Source: a bacterium (GTDB taxonomy: Bacteria > UBA10199 > 2-02-FULL-50-16 > JAJFLM01). Taken from it: a stretch of DNA of 64,000 nt. Under the pieces are notes generated by a model. It had not been told where the DNA came from. It searched no databases and was given only the letters and a program-made list of their open reading frames with translations. Position numbers and translations under genes: made by a program. The DNA lies in the NCBI GenBank assembly GCA_965216315.1, contig CBDCFN010000015.1, positions 192,001 to 256,000 of the forward strand, given 5' to 3'. Within the stretch, counting starts at the first letter, position 1, and every line of letters begins with the position of its first letter. This document shows, in pieces, positions 1 to 9,590 of the stretch.

Positions 1-1
1 T

Positions 2-1309
2 TTTCCGACGGCCAGCATCTCGGCGGCGCGCGACGTGCTGCAACATCAAGAAATTCAGGTCGTCCTCCTCGATGTCCGCCTCAAAGAAGAAAATGGCCTC
101 GATTTTCTCCCCGAAATTCTGGAACTCAATGACCAAATTGAAGTGATTGTCATCACCGTCATTTCGGATGTTCAGACAGCGGTCAGAGCGATGAAGAGTG
201 GGGCCTTCGACTACATTAACAAGGAATTCGACTACAATGAATTAACCACTATCATTGAACGGGCCTTAGACAAGCAAAAATCAACCAAAGAAATTCTCTA
301 TCTCCGTGATGAAGTCCGGCAACAAGAACCGGACGATTTTTATTTTGGCTCCAGCCCCCAAATGCTGAAAGCCCGTGAAATCGCCGATCGGGCGGCGCCA
401 CTCCCAACGACCGTACTCATCACCGGTGAGACTGGAACCGGCAAGGAACTGATGGCGCGCTACATCCACAATCAGAGTCACTTGGCCGATAAACCCTTCG
501 TTACTGTCAACCTTTCATCGATTCCATCGGAGCTGATGGAATCGATTCTCTTTGGACACGAAAAGGGTTCTTTCACCGGCGCCCACCAATTGCACTACGG
601 CAAGTTTGAACTCGCGAATGGAGGCACACTCTTTCTGGATGAAATCGGTGAACTGCGTTTTGAACTCCAATCGAAACTGTTGCGGGTCTTGCAAGAGAGC
701 GAGATCGAGCGGGTCGGCAGCAATAAAATGATTCCCATCCGGGTTCGTCTCATTGCAGCAACTAATGTGGATTTGCAGGAAAAGGTGCACGAAAGAAGTT
801 TTCGTGACGACCTCTATTATCGACTGAATGTCGTGCCTATCCATATGCCGCCGTTACGCGAACGTGTTGCCGATATCGGCAGACTCATCGAGATTTTCCT
901 GCAACGCTACAATCGAAAATTCAACCGACAGGTCAAGGCCTTGCAAGCCGACGTGATCGAAACGATCTCTAGCTATGATTGGCCGGGAAACATCCGTGAG
1001 CTGGAGAACCTCGTCGAACGGCTGGTCGCTATCTCCAATAAGGAAACCGTCGGTTTTGCCGATGTTCCCATCGAATACCAGCTCTGCAAGGTAGAAAACT
1101 CCGAGACCAAGGAAGGTGAAGAATTGCTCCAGAAAAGCCTTGACGCCTTTGAGCGAAGTTTCTTACTCCGAATACTAGAAGAGGAGTCATGGAACCAGAG
1201 CCAAGCCGCCAAGCGTCTGGGCATTCACCGCAAGACTCTTGAATATAAAATTAAGCGTCTCGAGTTGGGGGACATCATTCAAAACGAACGTACTCGTACT
1301 CACAATTAA
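2..1309 (+). CDS. Sigma54-dependent response regulator (NtrC family: REC, AAA+, HTH); 5' end runs off the window
   Basis: REC (VVLLDVRL), Walker A GETGTGKE, GSFTGA loop, LFLDEIGE, WPGNIRELEN, C-terminal HTH (NQSQAAKRLGIHRKTL). Frame is open back to position 2. Confidence 0.95.
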   Translation, partial: FPTASISAARDVLQHQEIQVVLLDVRLKEENGLDFLPEILELNDQIEVIVITVISDVQTAVRAMKSGAFDYINKEFDYNELTTIIERALDKQKSTKEILYLRDEVRQQEPDDFYFGSSPQMLKAREIADRAAPLPTTVLITGETGTGKELMARYIHNQSHLADKPFVTVNLSSIPSELMESILFGHEKGSFTGAHQLHYGKFELANGGTLFLDEIGELRFELQSKLLRVLQESEIERVGSNKMIPIRVRLIAATNVDLQEKVHERSFRDDLYYRLNVVPIHMPPLRERVADIGRLIEIFLQRYNRKFNRQVKALQADVIETISSYDWPGNIRELENLVERLVAISNKETVGFADVPIEYQLCKVENSETKEGEELLQKSLDAFERSFLLRILEEESWNQSQAAKRLGIHRKTLEYKIKRLELGDIIQNERTRTHN

Positions 1310-1314
1310 TTTTC

Positions 1315-3327
1315 ATGACAGCAAAGTTTATCCGCAACAGTAGCATCATCTATCTGATGCTCACAGCGGTTCCAAATCTCTACAGCGCCGAGGACGCAAC
1401 CACCGAGTTAACTCAGGTCGTTGTCACAGCGGACAAGCGTGAACAGGAACTCGGCGACACGCCGGCGTCCGTCACGATTATTTCCCGCGATGACATTGAG
1501 AGCCAAGCGGCTGACACGGTGCCTGAAGTCCTGCGCCATGTCGCCGGCGTCGATGTCGTCTCCATCGGAGCACCGGGTGACGATCTGGACATCCGCATGC
1601 GGGGTTCTGATCGAGATGAAGTGTTAATCATGATTGACGGCGTCGCCATCAACAACATCCGCGAGCATCGGGCCTTATTCTTAGGATCGATTCCTTTAGA
1701 TAATGTCGAGCGCATCGAAGTTGTCCGCGGATCCCAAAGCATACTCTACGGATCCGACGCTATCGGTGGTGTCATTAATATTATTACACGCAAGGGGACC
1801 GAAGAGCCTCAATACTTCGTGGGCTTTGAAGCGGGGACACTCCAGCGCTTTAAAGAAACGGCGGGACTCTCCGGGCATCCCGGCAAAAACCGCTATAGCC
1901 TAACTATCTCCCGCACCGACCAAAGAGGGCGCTTTGATCGCGATCGATTCGGTGAAATCGCCGCCTCAGCTAATTTTGGTCGTCAGCTCACTCCAGAAGT
2001 TGATCTTGAGGTGGGCGTCAACTACCTGCATACGAATCAAGACCTTTTTTATGAATTTCTAACCGGTTTTGACCCAGCGACAGGAAGTGTTCAGGTACGC
2101 ATTGATCCAGACCGTAATCGCGATCTCACCCGCGATCTCATCACGGGACGCCTCGCTTTGGAAGCCTACCCGCTACCCTGGTGGCAACTGCAATTTCACT
2201 ATGGTTTGTTCGTCGACAAGGACAGCGTCAGCAACCCCACAACCGGCGACACCGCGCCGACGGGCTTTGCGGTCGGGACGCAGGACTTTTCGGGCACGGG
2301 CTATTCCAATACGATCGACCTCCGCAATTTCTTTACACTCTATGAGTCCAGCCCAATCACCGCCGAACTCCTCGTCGGTTTTGAGTTTCAGGATGAACGT
2401 GTCAGTTTCACCGATCCGCCCCTCACTTTTCCAGGACCTGGTCAAGAAGGTGACCGTCAAAACATCGCGCCCTATGCCCAAATAAGTTTTCGCCTCTTAG
2501 ATGAAACTCTGTTCATCACCGGTGGCGCCCGTTTTGACCGGAATACCACCTTCGGACATGAACTAAGCCCCCGCGCTTCGATCCTCTACAAACTAGAAAA
2601 GACAGGGACTCGTTTTCGGGCGAGTTACTCCGAGGGGTTTCATGCCCCAACGATACTCGAGTTCTTCACCCAGACCTTATTGCGCGATTTAGGAGACCCT
2701 CAATTCCAAGCAATTCGTCTCCAAGAAGAACTCTCGCAGAGTTATGAGGTCGGCGTCGAGCAAGAGCTCTGGGATTGGGGCCAGATTTTCGCAACCTTCT
2801 TTTACGTTGATTATGATCGGCTCTTTGATGAATTGCAGTTTATTCAAGACGCCTTTGCAACCGGCGTCGAAACCGGATTTTCCATCCAACCCTGGGACTT
2901 TTTAGCTTTCGGCGGCAATTACACGCTACTCCATGCCCGCGATGAGACCAATAGCCGCCGCCTCCCCAATCGCCCACGGCACCATTTCAACACTTTTGTG
3001 CAAGGAACTCCGATTAGCGATCTGTCTCTCCGCCTTGATCTTAACTTCGTTAGCAGCCGGCGCGTGCCCGACACGATCAGCACTGCGGCAGGAGACCTCC
3101 CCTTTGTCTTCATCGACCAGAACGGCAACGCGACCAGCGGCACGGTAGGGAGCTACGTCAAACTCAACTTCGCCGCCGCCTATACCTTTCTCAAGGACTA
3201 CGGCCCTTTAAATAACTTAAGGACTTATTTACGCATCGATAATCTCCTGGATCGCAACTACCAAGAAAAATTCGGTTTCCCGGCGCCGGGCATCACCGTT
3301 CGCGGTGGGGCGACGGCGACATTTTAG
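1315..3327 (+). CDS. TonB-dependent receptor (plug + beta-barrel)
   Basis: Signal peptide, TonB box-like QVVVTA, plug motif ERIEVVRGSQSILYGSDAIGGVINIIT, DNLLDRNY, terminal Phe. Confidence 0.93.
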   Translation: MTAKFIRNSSIIYLMLTAVPNLYSAEDATTELTQVVVTADKREQELGDTPASVTIISRDDIESQAADTVPEVLRHVAGVDVVSIGAPGDDLDIRMRGSDRDEVLIMIDGVAINNIREHRALFLGSIPLDNVERIEVVRGSQSILYGSDAIGGVINIITRKGTEEPQYFVGFEAGTLQRFKETAGLSGHPGKNRYSLTISRTDQRGRFDRDRFGEIAASANFGRQLTPEVDLEVGVNYLHTNQDLFYEFLTGFDPATGSVQVRIDPDRNRDLTRDLITGRLALEAYPLPWWQLQFHYGLFVDKDSVSNPTTGDTAPTGFAVGTQDFSGTGYSNTIDLRNFFTLYESSPITAELLVGFEFQDERVSFTDPPLTFPGPGQEGDRQNIAPYAQISFRLLDETLFITGGARFDRNTTFGHELSPRASILYKLEKTGTRFRASYSEGFHAPTILEFFTQTLLRDLGDPQFQAIRLQEELSQSYEVGVEQELWDWGQIFATFFYVDYDRLFDELQFIQDAFATGVETGFSIQPWDFLAFGGNYTLLHARDETNSRRLPNRPRHHFNTFVQGTPISDLSLRLDLNFVSSRRVPDTISTAAGDLPFVFIDQNGNATSGTVGSYVKLNFAAAYTFLKDYGPLNNLRTYLRIDNLLDRNYQEKFGFPAPGITVRGGATATF

Positions 3328-3584
3328 CGCAAGCTGGCACGCAGATTGAGCCAACAACACGCTGTCTGGACCCCCCAAGACGACGTTTAAGCCCCCCAAC
3401 ACGGATAAATTTTATTGAAATTATGCCTAAAAATTTATCCAGTTTGCCGACAAAATACAGCGGCCTTGATCCCATTTCCCCGTAATTCTTCCGCCCCAAA
3501 GTCGTTAAATTTACACTATAATTTAGCAGGTTAGGCATCGCCCCCCTGAGCCGCTCTTATCCACATGGTGCAATTTTTCACCAG

Positions 3585-3600
3585 TGGCCCCGCGATTGCA
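3585..3600 (+). promoter_or_regulatory. Sigma54 -24/-12 promoter for the radical SAM gene
   Basis: TGGCCCCGCGATTGCA (GG-N10-GC), about 50 nt upstream of the likely start. Confidence 0.65.
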
Positions 3601-3649
3601 TCTATCGACAGCAGCAATTCACGAGTCACCAATCCGGGGGGAGAACGTG

Positions 3650-5041
3650 ATGAAGGGTTCAAGGTTTAATGTCCTGACCCGTGCTCAGGATGACCCGACT
3701 ACCTACTTGCTGTATAATACGCTTCACGATCATCGAATCCTCTTTGATGACCCAGAGTTAAATCCTCGTCGGCTCTTAGCCAAACTCAAAAAAAACGAGC
3801 CCCTCAACCCTAAAGAAACGGAAACAGCGGAAGTCCTTTATGAGATGGGCGTGTTAATCGACGATGACACTGATGAGAATAAGATTTTTAAAGAATGGTA
3901 CCTGGAAAAAATCCAAGAGCGCACGGACTACATGCAAATCACGATCCTACCCACCATGAAATGCAACTTGGCCTGCGATTACTGTTTTGAAAATGATGTC
4001 CGTGAATATGAACGACTAACGCCGGAACGCACCGAACAACTAATTCGCTTTCTCAAAGCACGCGTCAAAACCGTGCGCCCCAAAACTTTTCATATCACTT
4101 TTTTCGGAGGAGAGCCGCTAACCCATCCCGAAGCCGTAAAAGATATTTCCCGACAAATGTGGGAGTACTGTGAGAATTTTCCCGACGTCACAATGGAAAT
4201 CGGCATGATTACCAATGGGGTTTTCTTAACTCCGGAGTTTGTCGATGCGTTGCTGCCATACGGATTTGAATGGGTCAAGATCACTTTTGATGGAGATCGC
4301 GACGAACACGACAAAAAGCGCATCTGGCACAATGGGAGGGGAACTTTCGACACGATTTACGATAATCTTTCCCGGATCGCTGGTAAACTCAAGATAGCCA
4401 TCGGAGGCAATTTCGATCAGGCCAACTACGAGAGTATGTTCAGCCTGATCGAACGCCTCCGTAGCAGCCCTTTCGCCGACGACATATTTATTGCTCGTTT
4501 TAAGCCTATCATCGACGTTCAGCCGGACATCGCACTCAAGCGCGAAGGCGGACGCCTGACCGACGCTTGCAATGTTTGCACTTATAACAACGAGCAAATC
4601 AACCAGATGCAACGACTCCGGCAAAAAACTTTTGAAAGCGGCCTACCGATTGAAGACCGTCCGGTCGTGGGCCCCTGTGAATTTCATCAACACCACTCGA
4701 TGACAATTGGCCCCAATGGCCTGATCTACAAGTGTCCGGCTTTCGTGGGGCTACACAATCTAGCCGCCGGCGATATCTATCACGACGAATTCAACCAGTA
4801 CGGTGAATGGCAGCACACTTTTACTAAATGGGACTCAGAATGTGAAGAGTGCGCCTATTTACCCAACTGCGCCGGCGGCTGTCGCTTCAATGCAGTTAAC
4901 ACAACGGGAAGCTTAGAACCTAAATCTTGTGAACTCAATCTGCTTGTAAAATCCACCGAGAATTTCATGCAGAGGGAAATCGTAAAAATGCGTGCCGACG
5001 GCGAGAAAGAGGAGATCCTCCCCGTTTACTCGGCAGCTTAA
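3650..5041 (+). CDS. Radical SAM/SPASM domain protein, probable peptide maturase
   Basis: CNLACDYC (CxxxCxxC), FFGGEPL, ITNG, SPASM cysteines (GPCEF..YKCP..ECEECAYLPNCAGGC..KSC), ~100-aa N-terminal extension. Start placed at GTG/ATG 3647/3650 after a GGGGGGAG SD. Confidence 0.92.
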   Translation: MKGSRFNVLTRAQDDPTTYLLYNTLHDHRILFDDPELNPRRLLAKLKKNEPLNPKETETAEVLYEMGVLIDDDTDENKIFKEWYLEKIQERTDYMQITILPTMKCNLACDYCFENDVREYERLTPERTEQLIRFLKARVKTVRPKTFHITFFGGEPLTHPEAVKDISRQMWEYCENFPDVTMEIGMITNGVFLTPEFVDALLPYGFEWVKITFDGDRDEHDKKRIWHNGRGTFDTIYDNLSRIAGKLKIAIGGNFDQANYESMFSLIERLRSSPFADDIFIARFKPIIDVQPDIALKREGGRLTDACNVCTYNNEQINQMQRLRQKTFESGLPIEDRPVVGPCEFHQHHSMTIGPNGLIYKCPAFVGLHNLAAGDIYHDEFNQYGEWQHTFTKWDSECEECAYLPNCAGGCRFNAVNTTGSLEPKSCELNLLVKSTENFMQREIVKMRADGEKEEILPVYSAA

Positions 5042-5073
5042 CATTTCGACTAACGACTAATCCGGAGGTTTAA

Positions 5074-5142
5074 ATGAAAGTATCCAAAGGCAAAAAAGTA
5101 ACAGATCCCAAACCAGCAGTATGCGTACCTGTCGCATTCTGA
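5074..5142 (+). CDS. 22-aa putative RiPP precursor MKVSKGKKVTDPKPAVCVPVAF (not in the ORF track)
   Basis: GGAGG SD at 5064-5068; ATG 32 nt after the radical SAM stop; terminator follows immediately. Confidence 0.75.
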   Translation: MKVSKGKKVTDPKPAVCVPVAF

Positions 5143-5159
5143 CGCACGAATAGAACAAG

Positions 5160-5200
5160 AAAAAAGGGTCGCTCTGCCTGGCAGAGTAGATCCTTTTTTT
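5160..5200 (+). terminator. Intrinsic terminator after the peptide ORF
   Basis: AAAAAAGGGTCGCTCTGC-CTG-GCAGAGTAGATCCTTTTTTT hairpin with T tract. Confidence 0.8.
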
Positions 5201-5225
5201 CTTGTCGCGCTTTACATTAAGTGGC

Positions 5226-6827
5226 ATGGTCGCCTTCTTCATGCTGGCCCGGCCCGTCGCATTTGTTTCCATTATTCTTGTTTTCCTAGCGTTTATTTCC
5301 TGCACCCAACAAGCCACTCAACCTCAGCAAGGTGGGATTCTGCGCTTAGGCAGCTTTCATAAACCGACCGAGATCAATCCGCTCACCACTGACTCGAGCA
5401 TCTCGGCCAACCTATTAGACCTCATCTTTGACAGCCTGGTTCGATTGGATAGTGAACAAAACATTGAGGCCGAACTCGCTAAACGCTGGGAGGTCTCTCC
5501 GGATGGTCTCCAGTGGACCTTTTACTTGCGCCCGGACATCGTGTTTCATGATGGCACTGCACTAACAGCCGAGGATGTTAAATTTACCTATGATCATATT
5601 ATTAACAGTCATCGGGGTGCCTATACCGTCTATTTTCAGTTTGTTAAAGAGGTCCGTGTCCTCGATACGCATACGGTGCAAATCAGTTTATCTCAATTCG
5701 ACAACGTGTTGTGGACCGGATTGGCCTATGTGGGCATTGCCCCCAAACATTTACTCGCCAAACCCGCAGCAAGCGCCCAATTCAACCAACATCCTATCGG
5801 TAGCGGCGCCTACCGTTTTGTCCGCCGCACGCCTCAAGAAATTATTCTAGAGGCAAACCAAAACTATTACCAACAGCGCCCTTATCTCGATCGCATCGCC
5901 ATCGTCATCTTGCCAAGTCAGGGCGCCGTCTTGAATCATCTGATTGCCGAGCAACTTGATATGGCGTTTCTATTGAATCCAGAAGACTATGGCGCCCTCA
6001 ACCAAATCCCTTCCATTAAAATCTATAATAATTGGTATCCTTTTTTGTACCTCCTCACCCTCGACAACCGCAATCCACTCTTTCGCTCTACAACCAACCG
6101 TCGGCTGCTCAATCAGGCCATCAACAAAGAACAAATTATTCAACGCCTCCTCAAGGACCAAGGGGAGATTGCCGCCAGTACTGTCCCGAGTAAAAGCCCT
6201 TTTTATAATGCCGCAGTGACCCCTTACCCTCATGACCCAAAAGGAGTCGCAAAAATGTTGGCCAAAAGCGGCTGGAAAACCCACAACAAGGACCACATCC
6301 TGCGTAAAAACAATCGTTATTTTGAATTTACCGCTTATGCGATGGAAGGGCATAGTATGGAAGAAAGAATCTTACTTAATGTTCAAGAACAATTACTCCT
6401 CCTCGGCATCAAAATGAACATTACCGTTCTCCCCTTCGATCAATATATAAAGAAAATATTTCGCGAACAGCATTTCGATGCAAATTTGATTTTTTTCGTT
6501 TTTCGAGATTTTTACGGAAACAATTCTAATATATGGGATTCCCAGCAGATCAAAAAGGGCATCAACTATTTATCGTATGCAAACCCTGAAATTGACCGCC
6601 TCTTAAAAACAATTCGCTTAGCGCGTTCCAAGCCCGATCAAATCGCCGCACTCAAAGAATTCCAAAGAATCATCCACGACGACCCTCCCGGTATTTTTCT
6701 CTTTTGGCGCAACATGCCCATTGCCGTTCACAAACGCTTCCGCGGCATTCCTACAGAGCAGATGAAGTCTCTGCGCGATCTTGTGCATGTTTGGGTGCCG
6801 AAGGAGGAGCAGATTTCTAAAAATTGA
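5226..6827 (+). CDS. ABC transporter family-5 (OppA/DppA-like) substrate-binding lipoprotein
   Basis: Lipobox FISC; LAKRWEVSPDG..WTFYLRPDIVFHDG..LTAEDVKFT; PIGSGAY. Start could be 5226 or 5241. Confidence 0.92.
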   Translation: MVAFFMLARPVAFVSIILVFLAFISCTQQATQPQQGGILRLGSFHKPTEINPLTTDSSISANLLDLIFDSLVRLDSEQNIEAELAKRWEVSPDGLQWTFYLRPDIVFHDGTALTAEDVKFTYDHIINSHRGAYTVYFQFVKEVRVLDTHTVQISLSQFDNVLWTGLAYVGIAPKHLLAKPAASAQFNQHPIGSGAYRFVRRTPQEIILEANQNYYQQRPYLDRIAIVILPSQGAVLNHLIAEQLDMAFLLNPEDYGALNQIPSIKIYNNWYPFLYLLTLDNRNPLFRSTTNRRLLNQAINKEQIIQRLLKDQGEIAASTVPSKSPFYNAAVTPYPHDPKGVAKMLAKSGWKTHNKDHILRKNNRYFEFTAYAMEGHSMEERILLNVQEQLLLLGIKMNITVLPFDQYIKKIFREQHFDANLIFFVFRDFYGNNSNIWDSQQIKKGINYLSYANPEIDRLLKTIRLARSKPDQIAALKEFQRIIHDDPPGIFLFWRNMPIAVHKRFRGIPTEQMKSLRDLVHVWVPKEEQISKN

Positions 6828-6872
6828 ATCCCCCTTAATCCCCCTTTACAAAGGGAGGCTAGTAGGGATTTA
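6827..6872. repeat. Repeat family R1, collapsed copy
   Basis: AATCCCCCTTAATCCCCCTTTACAAAGGGAGGCTAGTAGGGATTTA matches both ends of the copies at 37888 and 63065. Confidence 0.75.
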
Positions 6873-6955
6873 GGCGAAAATAAATAGTTTCCAGATAGTC
6901 GAATCTTGCCTAGCAATATTTGAAGTAGCTTTTTTCATGATTTGTAAAGTTGGAG

Positions 6956-7156
6956 CTACTCTTTGTTACCTTCATGGGAGAACGTTGCCAAACTAGTATC
7001 ATTACTATCGTCTGTCGATGAAATGCTTATATCAGCACTAGATAATACAGGCGTTAAAACTGCGCCTTCTTTAACCTTACTTGCAATTTTCCGTACAGCT
7101 TCAATTAAATCTTCAGACCAACCAAGCTTTTCTAATTGTTTATCAAGCTCCATCAT
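6956..7156 (-). CDS. Small hypothetical protein (66 aa)
   Basis: ORF 15 nt downstream of the SDH protease, same strand, same AT-rich composition. Confidence 0.55.
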   Translation of the reverse strand: MMELDKQLEKLGWSEDLIEAVRKIASKVKEGAVLTPVLSSADISISSTDDSNDTSLATFSHEGNKE

Positions 7157-7171
7157 TTTATTGTATAATGC

Positions 7172-8209
7172 CTATATCTGATTTGCACTACGTATTAAAG
7201 AATATTTTTGAGACAGAAACATCTTTACTATCATAGATTTATCAAAAGTATAATAAATTAATGCCCAGAACCTACGAATAGCACGCTGTAGCCCTGGTAC
7301 AGACTCTATCTCGTGGATTTTAAGCTTCAACTCCTCACTAATAGCAACATCTCTTGTAATTCCATGCGCGTGTGATTTCCAATATTCGTTACTGCATAAT
7401 TTATCAGCGATCCATTTTGCACGAGAATACTTCTCTTCTTCCGTGACAGTGTTATTTGTACTAGAATGCTTAGTCCAGTTCTTGAATTTATATTGATTCA
7501 AAAAAGAAGTTGCCATTTTTATCGAATATTCAGATAGGCTTATAGCATCACCTATCTGTCGTTGATCCATTGTATCTACCAGCCTGATGTAGTGCCATGG
7601 AGGGTTGTTGCCTTTCTTCAGTGCTTCCTCGCCATCCTGTTTAATTTTATTAAGTAGTACTAATATAGATTGTGCAGGCACAAGATTGCCATCTTTAGAC
7701 CTTACTTGCGGGTCTATCGGACCTATATACGCTCGCTTATCCATCCAAATATCATCCCCAGATAATGCCCATAACGTGCCCGCACTCATGCATGCATGAG
7801 GAAGAATGAAATTAACGATTTCAAAACGTGGCCTAAGGCAGTTAACAAATTGTGAAACTTGCTGCCCCGAACCACCACCTGTAGCTAGTAAGATGTCAAG
7901 ATCGGTTTGCTGATCATCTATACTACTAACTAATTCATTGAAAGGAAGATCATCGCTAAGATCAATAGACGTATTCGGCAATGGTTTTATGACGTTCGCG
8001 AGATAGCACACAGCTGGGCGCTCTCGAATTTTTTCAACTTCCGCAAGAGCTTTCCTTATATCAGGGATAACGTTTCCACTGCGGGGGACGAATGACACAA
8101 TACTTCCATATTCATTTCCATCCTCCATCTTATCCAATAATGAATCAACCTCCTTTGTTTCTTGCGTTTTCTGACGCCCCCGGGCAATTTGCCGGCTTTT
8201 CCTTCCCAT
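7172..8209 (-). CDS. SDH-family ClpP/crotonase-fold serine protease
   Basis: LATGGGS, CMSAGTLWAL (catalytic Ser), IGPIDPQ (Asp), KSHAHGI (His). Confidence 0.85.
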   Translation of the reverse strand: MGRKSRQIARGRQKTQETKEVDSLLDKMEDGNEYGSIVSFVPRSGNVIPDIRKALAEVEKIRERPAVCYLANVIKPLPNTSIDLSDDLPFNELVSSIDDQQTDLDILLATGGGSGQQVSQFVNCLRPRFEIVNFILPHACMSAGTLWALSGDDIWMDKRAYIGPIDPQVRSKDGNLVPAQSILVLLNKIKQDGEEALKKGNNPPWHYIRLVDTMDQRQIGDAISLSEYSIKMATSFLNQYKFKNWTKHSSTNNTVTEEEKYSRAKWIADKLCSNEYWKSHAHGITRDVAISEELKLKIHEIESVPGLQRAIRRFWALIYYTFDKSMIVKMFLSQKYSLIRSANQI

Positions 8210-8277
8210 TTTAAGTATCTTTCATAGCTTTCGTCTCTTCATTAATAGTGAAAAATAGAATTTCTCTGGCAATTGCT

Positions 8278-9570
8278 CTACTTGATCAAACTACAGCCAC
8301 CTGCTGAACTCGAACTCCCACTGCTGATATCCTCTGCAATTTCCCCATCATATTCATCTGCGCCCATATCCGGCACATCCCAAATGACTCGATCATCTCC
8401 ATCAAAATCAGTCTCGAGCATTTGAGGGGCATCATCGTAACCAGTATTTATACAAGGAGATGAGGCCTGAAGATGAAAATCACCATTTTCCGCATCGACA
8501 AAGAGTGGGTCGGCACTGATGCTATCAAATTCTTCTTTCTGAACACTGCATTCAAAACAACTAGCTTTCAATTTTCCATAATTATTATTAAATAAGCGAA
8601 TCAATCCCCCTTTGCCATCATTATTAAAATCAATACCAGAATCAAAATGAATGTCATTGATAGCTTTCCCTAATGGAGTCAAGTTATTCACAATAATGTT
8701 ACTATATAATTCTGCCTGAGCCTCATCTGTTCGTAGCCGCAACAATAAACCACTCCATGTGCCTTCTTCATCTAACGAGAAATTATTTGAAATAGTATTG
8801 TTCACAAGAATTGTATCAGCGCCATCAACCGTATCTGTCACATCTGTTATGGTAAGTGCACCACTACTATTTCTCTCAAAAATATTGCCACTTACAACAA
8901 CATATTCTGCTTCAATATTTGCTCCTCCGCCGGTACCAACATTTAATGAATTATTACTAAATAGATTATTTTCCAGTACGACTGAATCTGCTGTTCCATT
9001 TGATATATTTAGGCCTCCATTAGTATCACTTTCATTATAAATAAAGCGACTATTTCTAACTAAAATAGTGGATGAGCTATTGGAAATTATTAGACCACCG
9101 GCATTAGTATCAAATGAACTAGATTCAATCTTTATATTGACTTTAAATGGCTCAATATTGACTCCACTGAGGTTAGAAGGTTTTCCGTTAGAAAAACTTA
9201 TACCTTCAATAGAAATATTACCCCGGATATTAATTAAATCTAAAATTCCTAACCCACCGCTCATATTTGAACCGTCAATAATTGTGTTGTCTATCCCTTT
9301 TCCGATTAGACTCAGAGAAAAAGACTCTGACTCTAATGGATCGTAAATAAAATTACCTCCCGAGGAATTCTTATTATAAGTCCCAGATTCTAAATAAAGA
9401 TTGTCGTCTTGATTATTTATGCCTGCTAGATTTAGAGCGGCTTGTAAATCACATATCAAATCTGAACAATCGCTATCTTGATCTAAGCTAACAGAAATAT
9501 CAGCAGCATTAGTTTCAACTGACATTAAAAAAATAACGGCGTAGATTACTGCCCATGCTATTTTGTTCAT
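8278..9570 (-). CDS. Secreted parallel beta-helix protein with choice-of-anchor-Q-like end and short GGCSLIK tail
   Basis: Signal peptide, Asn-rich beta-helix repeats, DPLFVD..GDFHLQASSPCINTG..DMGADE. Confidence 0.75.
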   Translation of the reverse strand: MNKIAWAVIYAVIFLMSVETNAADISVSLDQDSDCSDLICDLQAALNLAGINNQDDNLYLESGTYNKNSSGGNFIYDPLESESFSLSLIGKGIDNTIIDGSNMSGGLGILDLINIRGNISIEGISFSNGKPSNLSGVNIEPFKVNIKIESSSFDTNAGGLIISNSSSTILVRNSRFIYNESDTNGGLNISNGTADSVVLENNLFSNNSLNVGTGGGANIEAEYVVVSGNIFERNSSGALTITDVTDTVDGADTILVNNTISNNFSLDEEGTWSGLLLRLRTDEAQAELYSNIIVNNLTPLGKAINDIHFDSGIDFNNDGKGGLIRLFNNNYGKLKASCFECSVQKEEFDSISADPLFVDAENGDFHLQASSPCINTGYDDAPQMLETDFDGDDRVIWDVPDMGADEYDGEIAEDISSGSSSSAGGCSLIK

Positions 9571-9590
9571 TAGATTCCCAGTTTCTATTT

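Noticed and set aside
3335..3350. Sigma54-like TGGCACGCAGATTGAG
   Set aside because: The -12 element is GA rather than GC, and the only nearby downstream ORF (20 aa at 3423) has no SD.
3403..3440. Inverted repeat GGATAAATTT...AAATTTATCC
   Set aside because: AT-rich, single instance; no function can be assigned.
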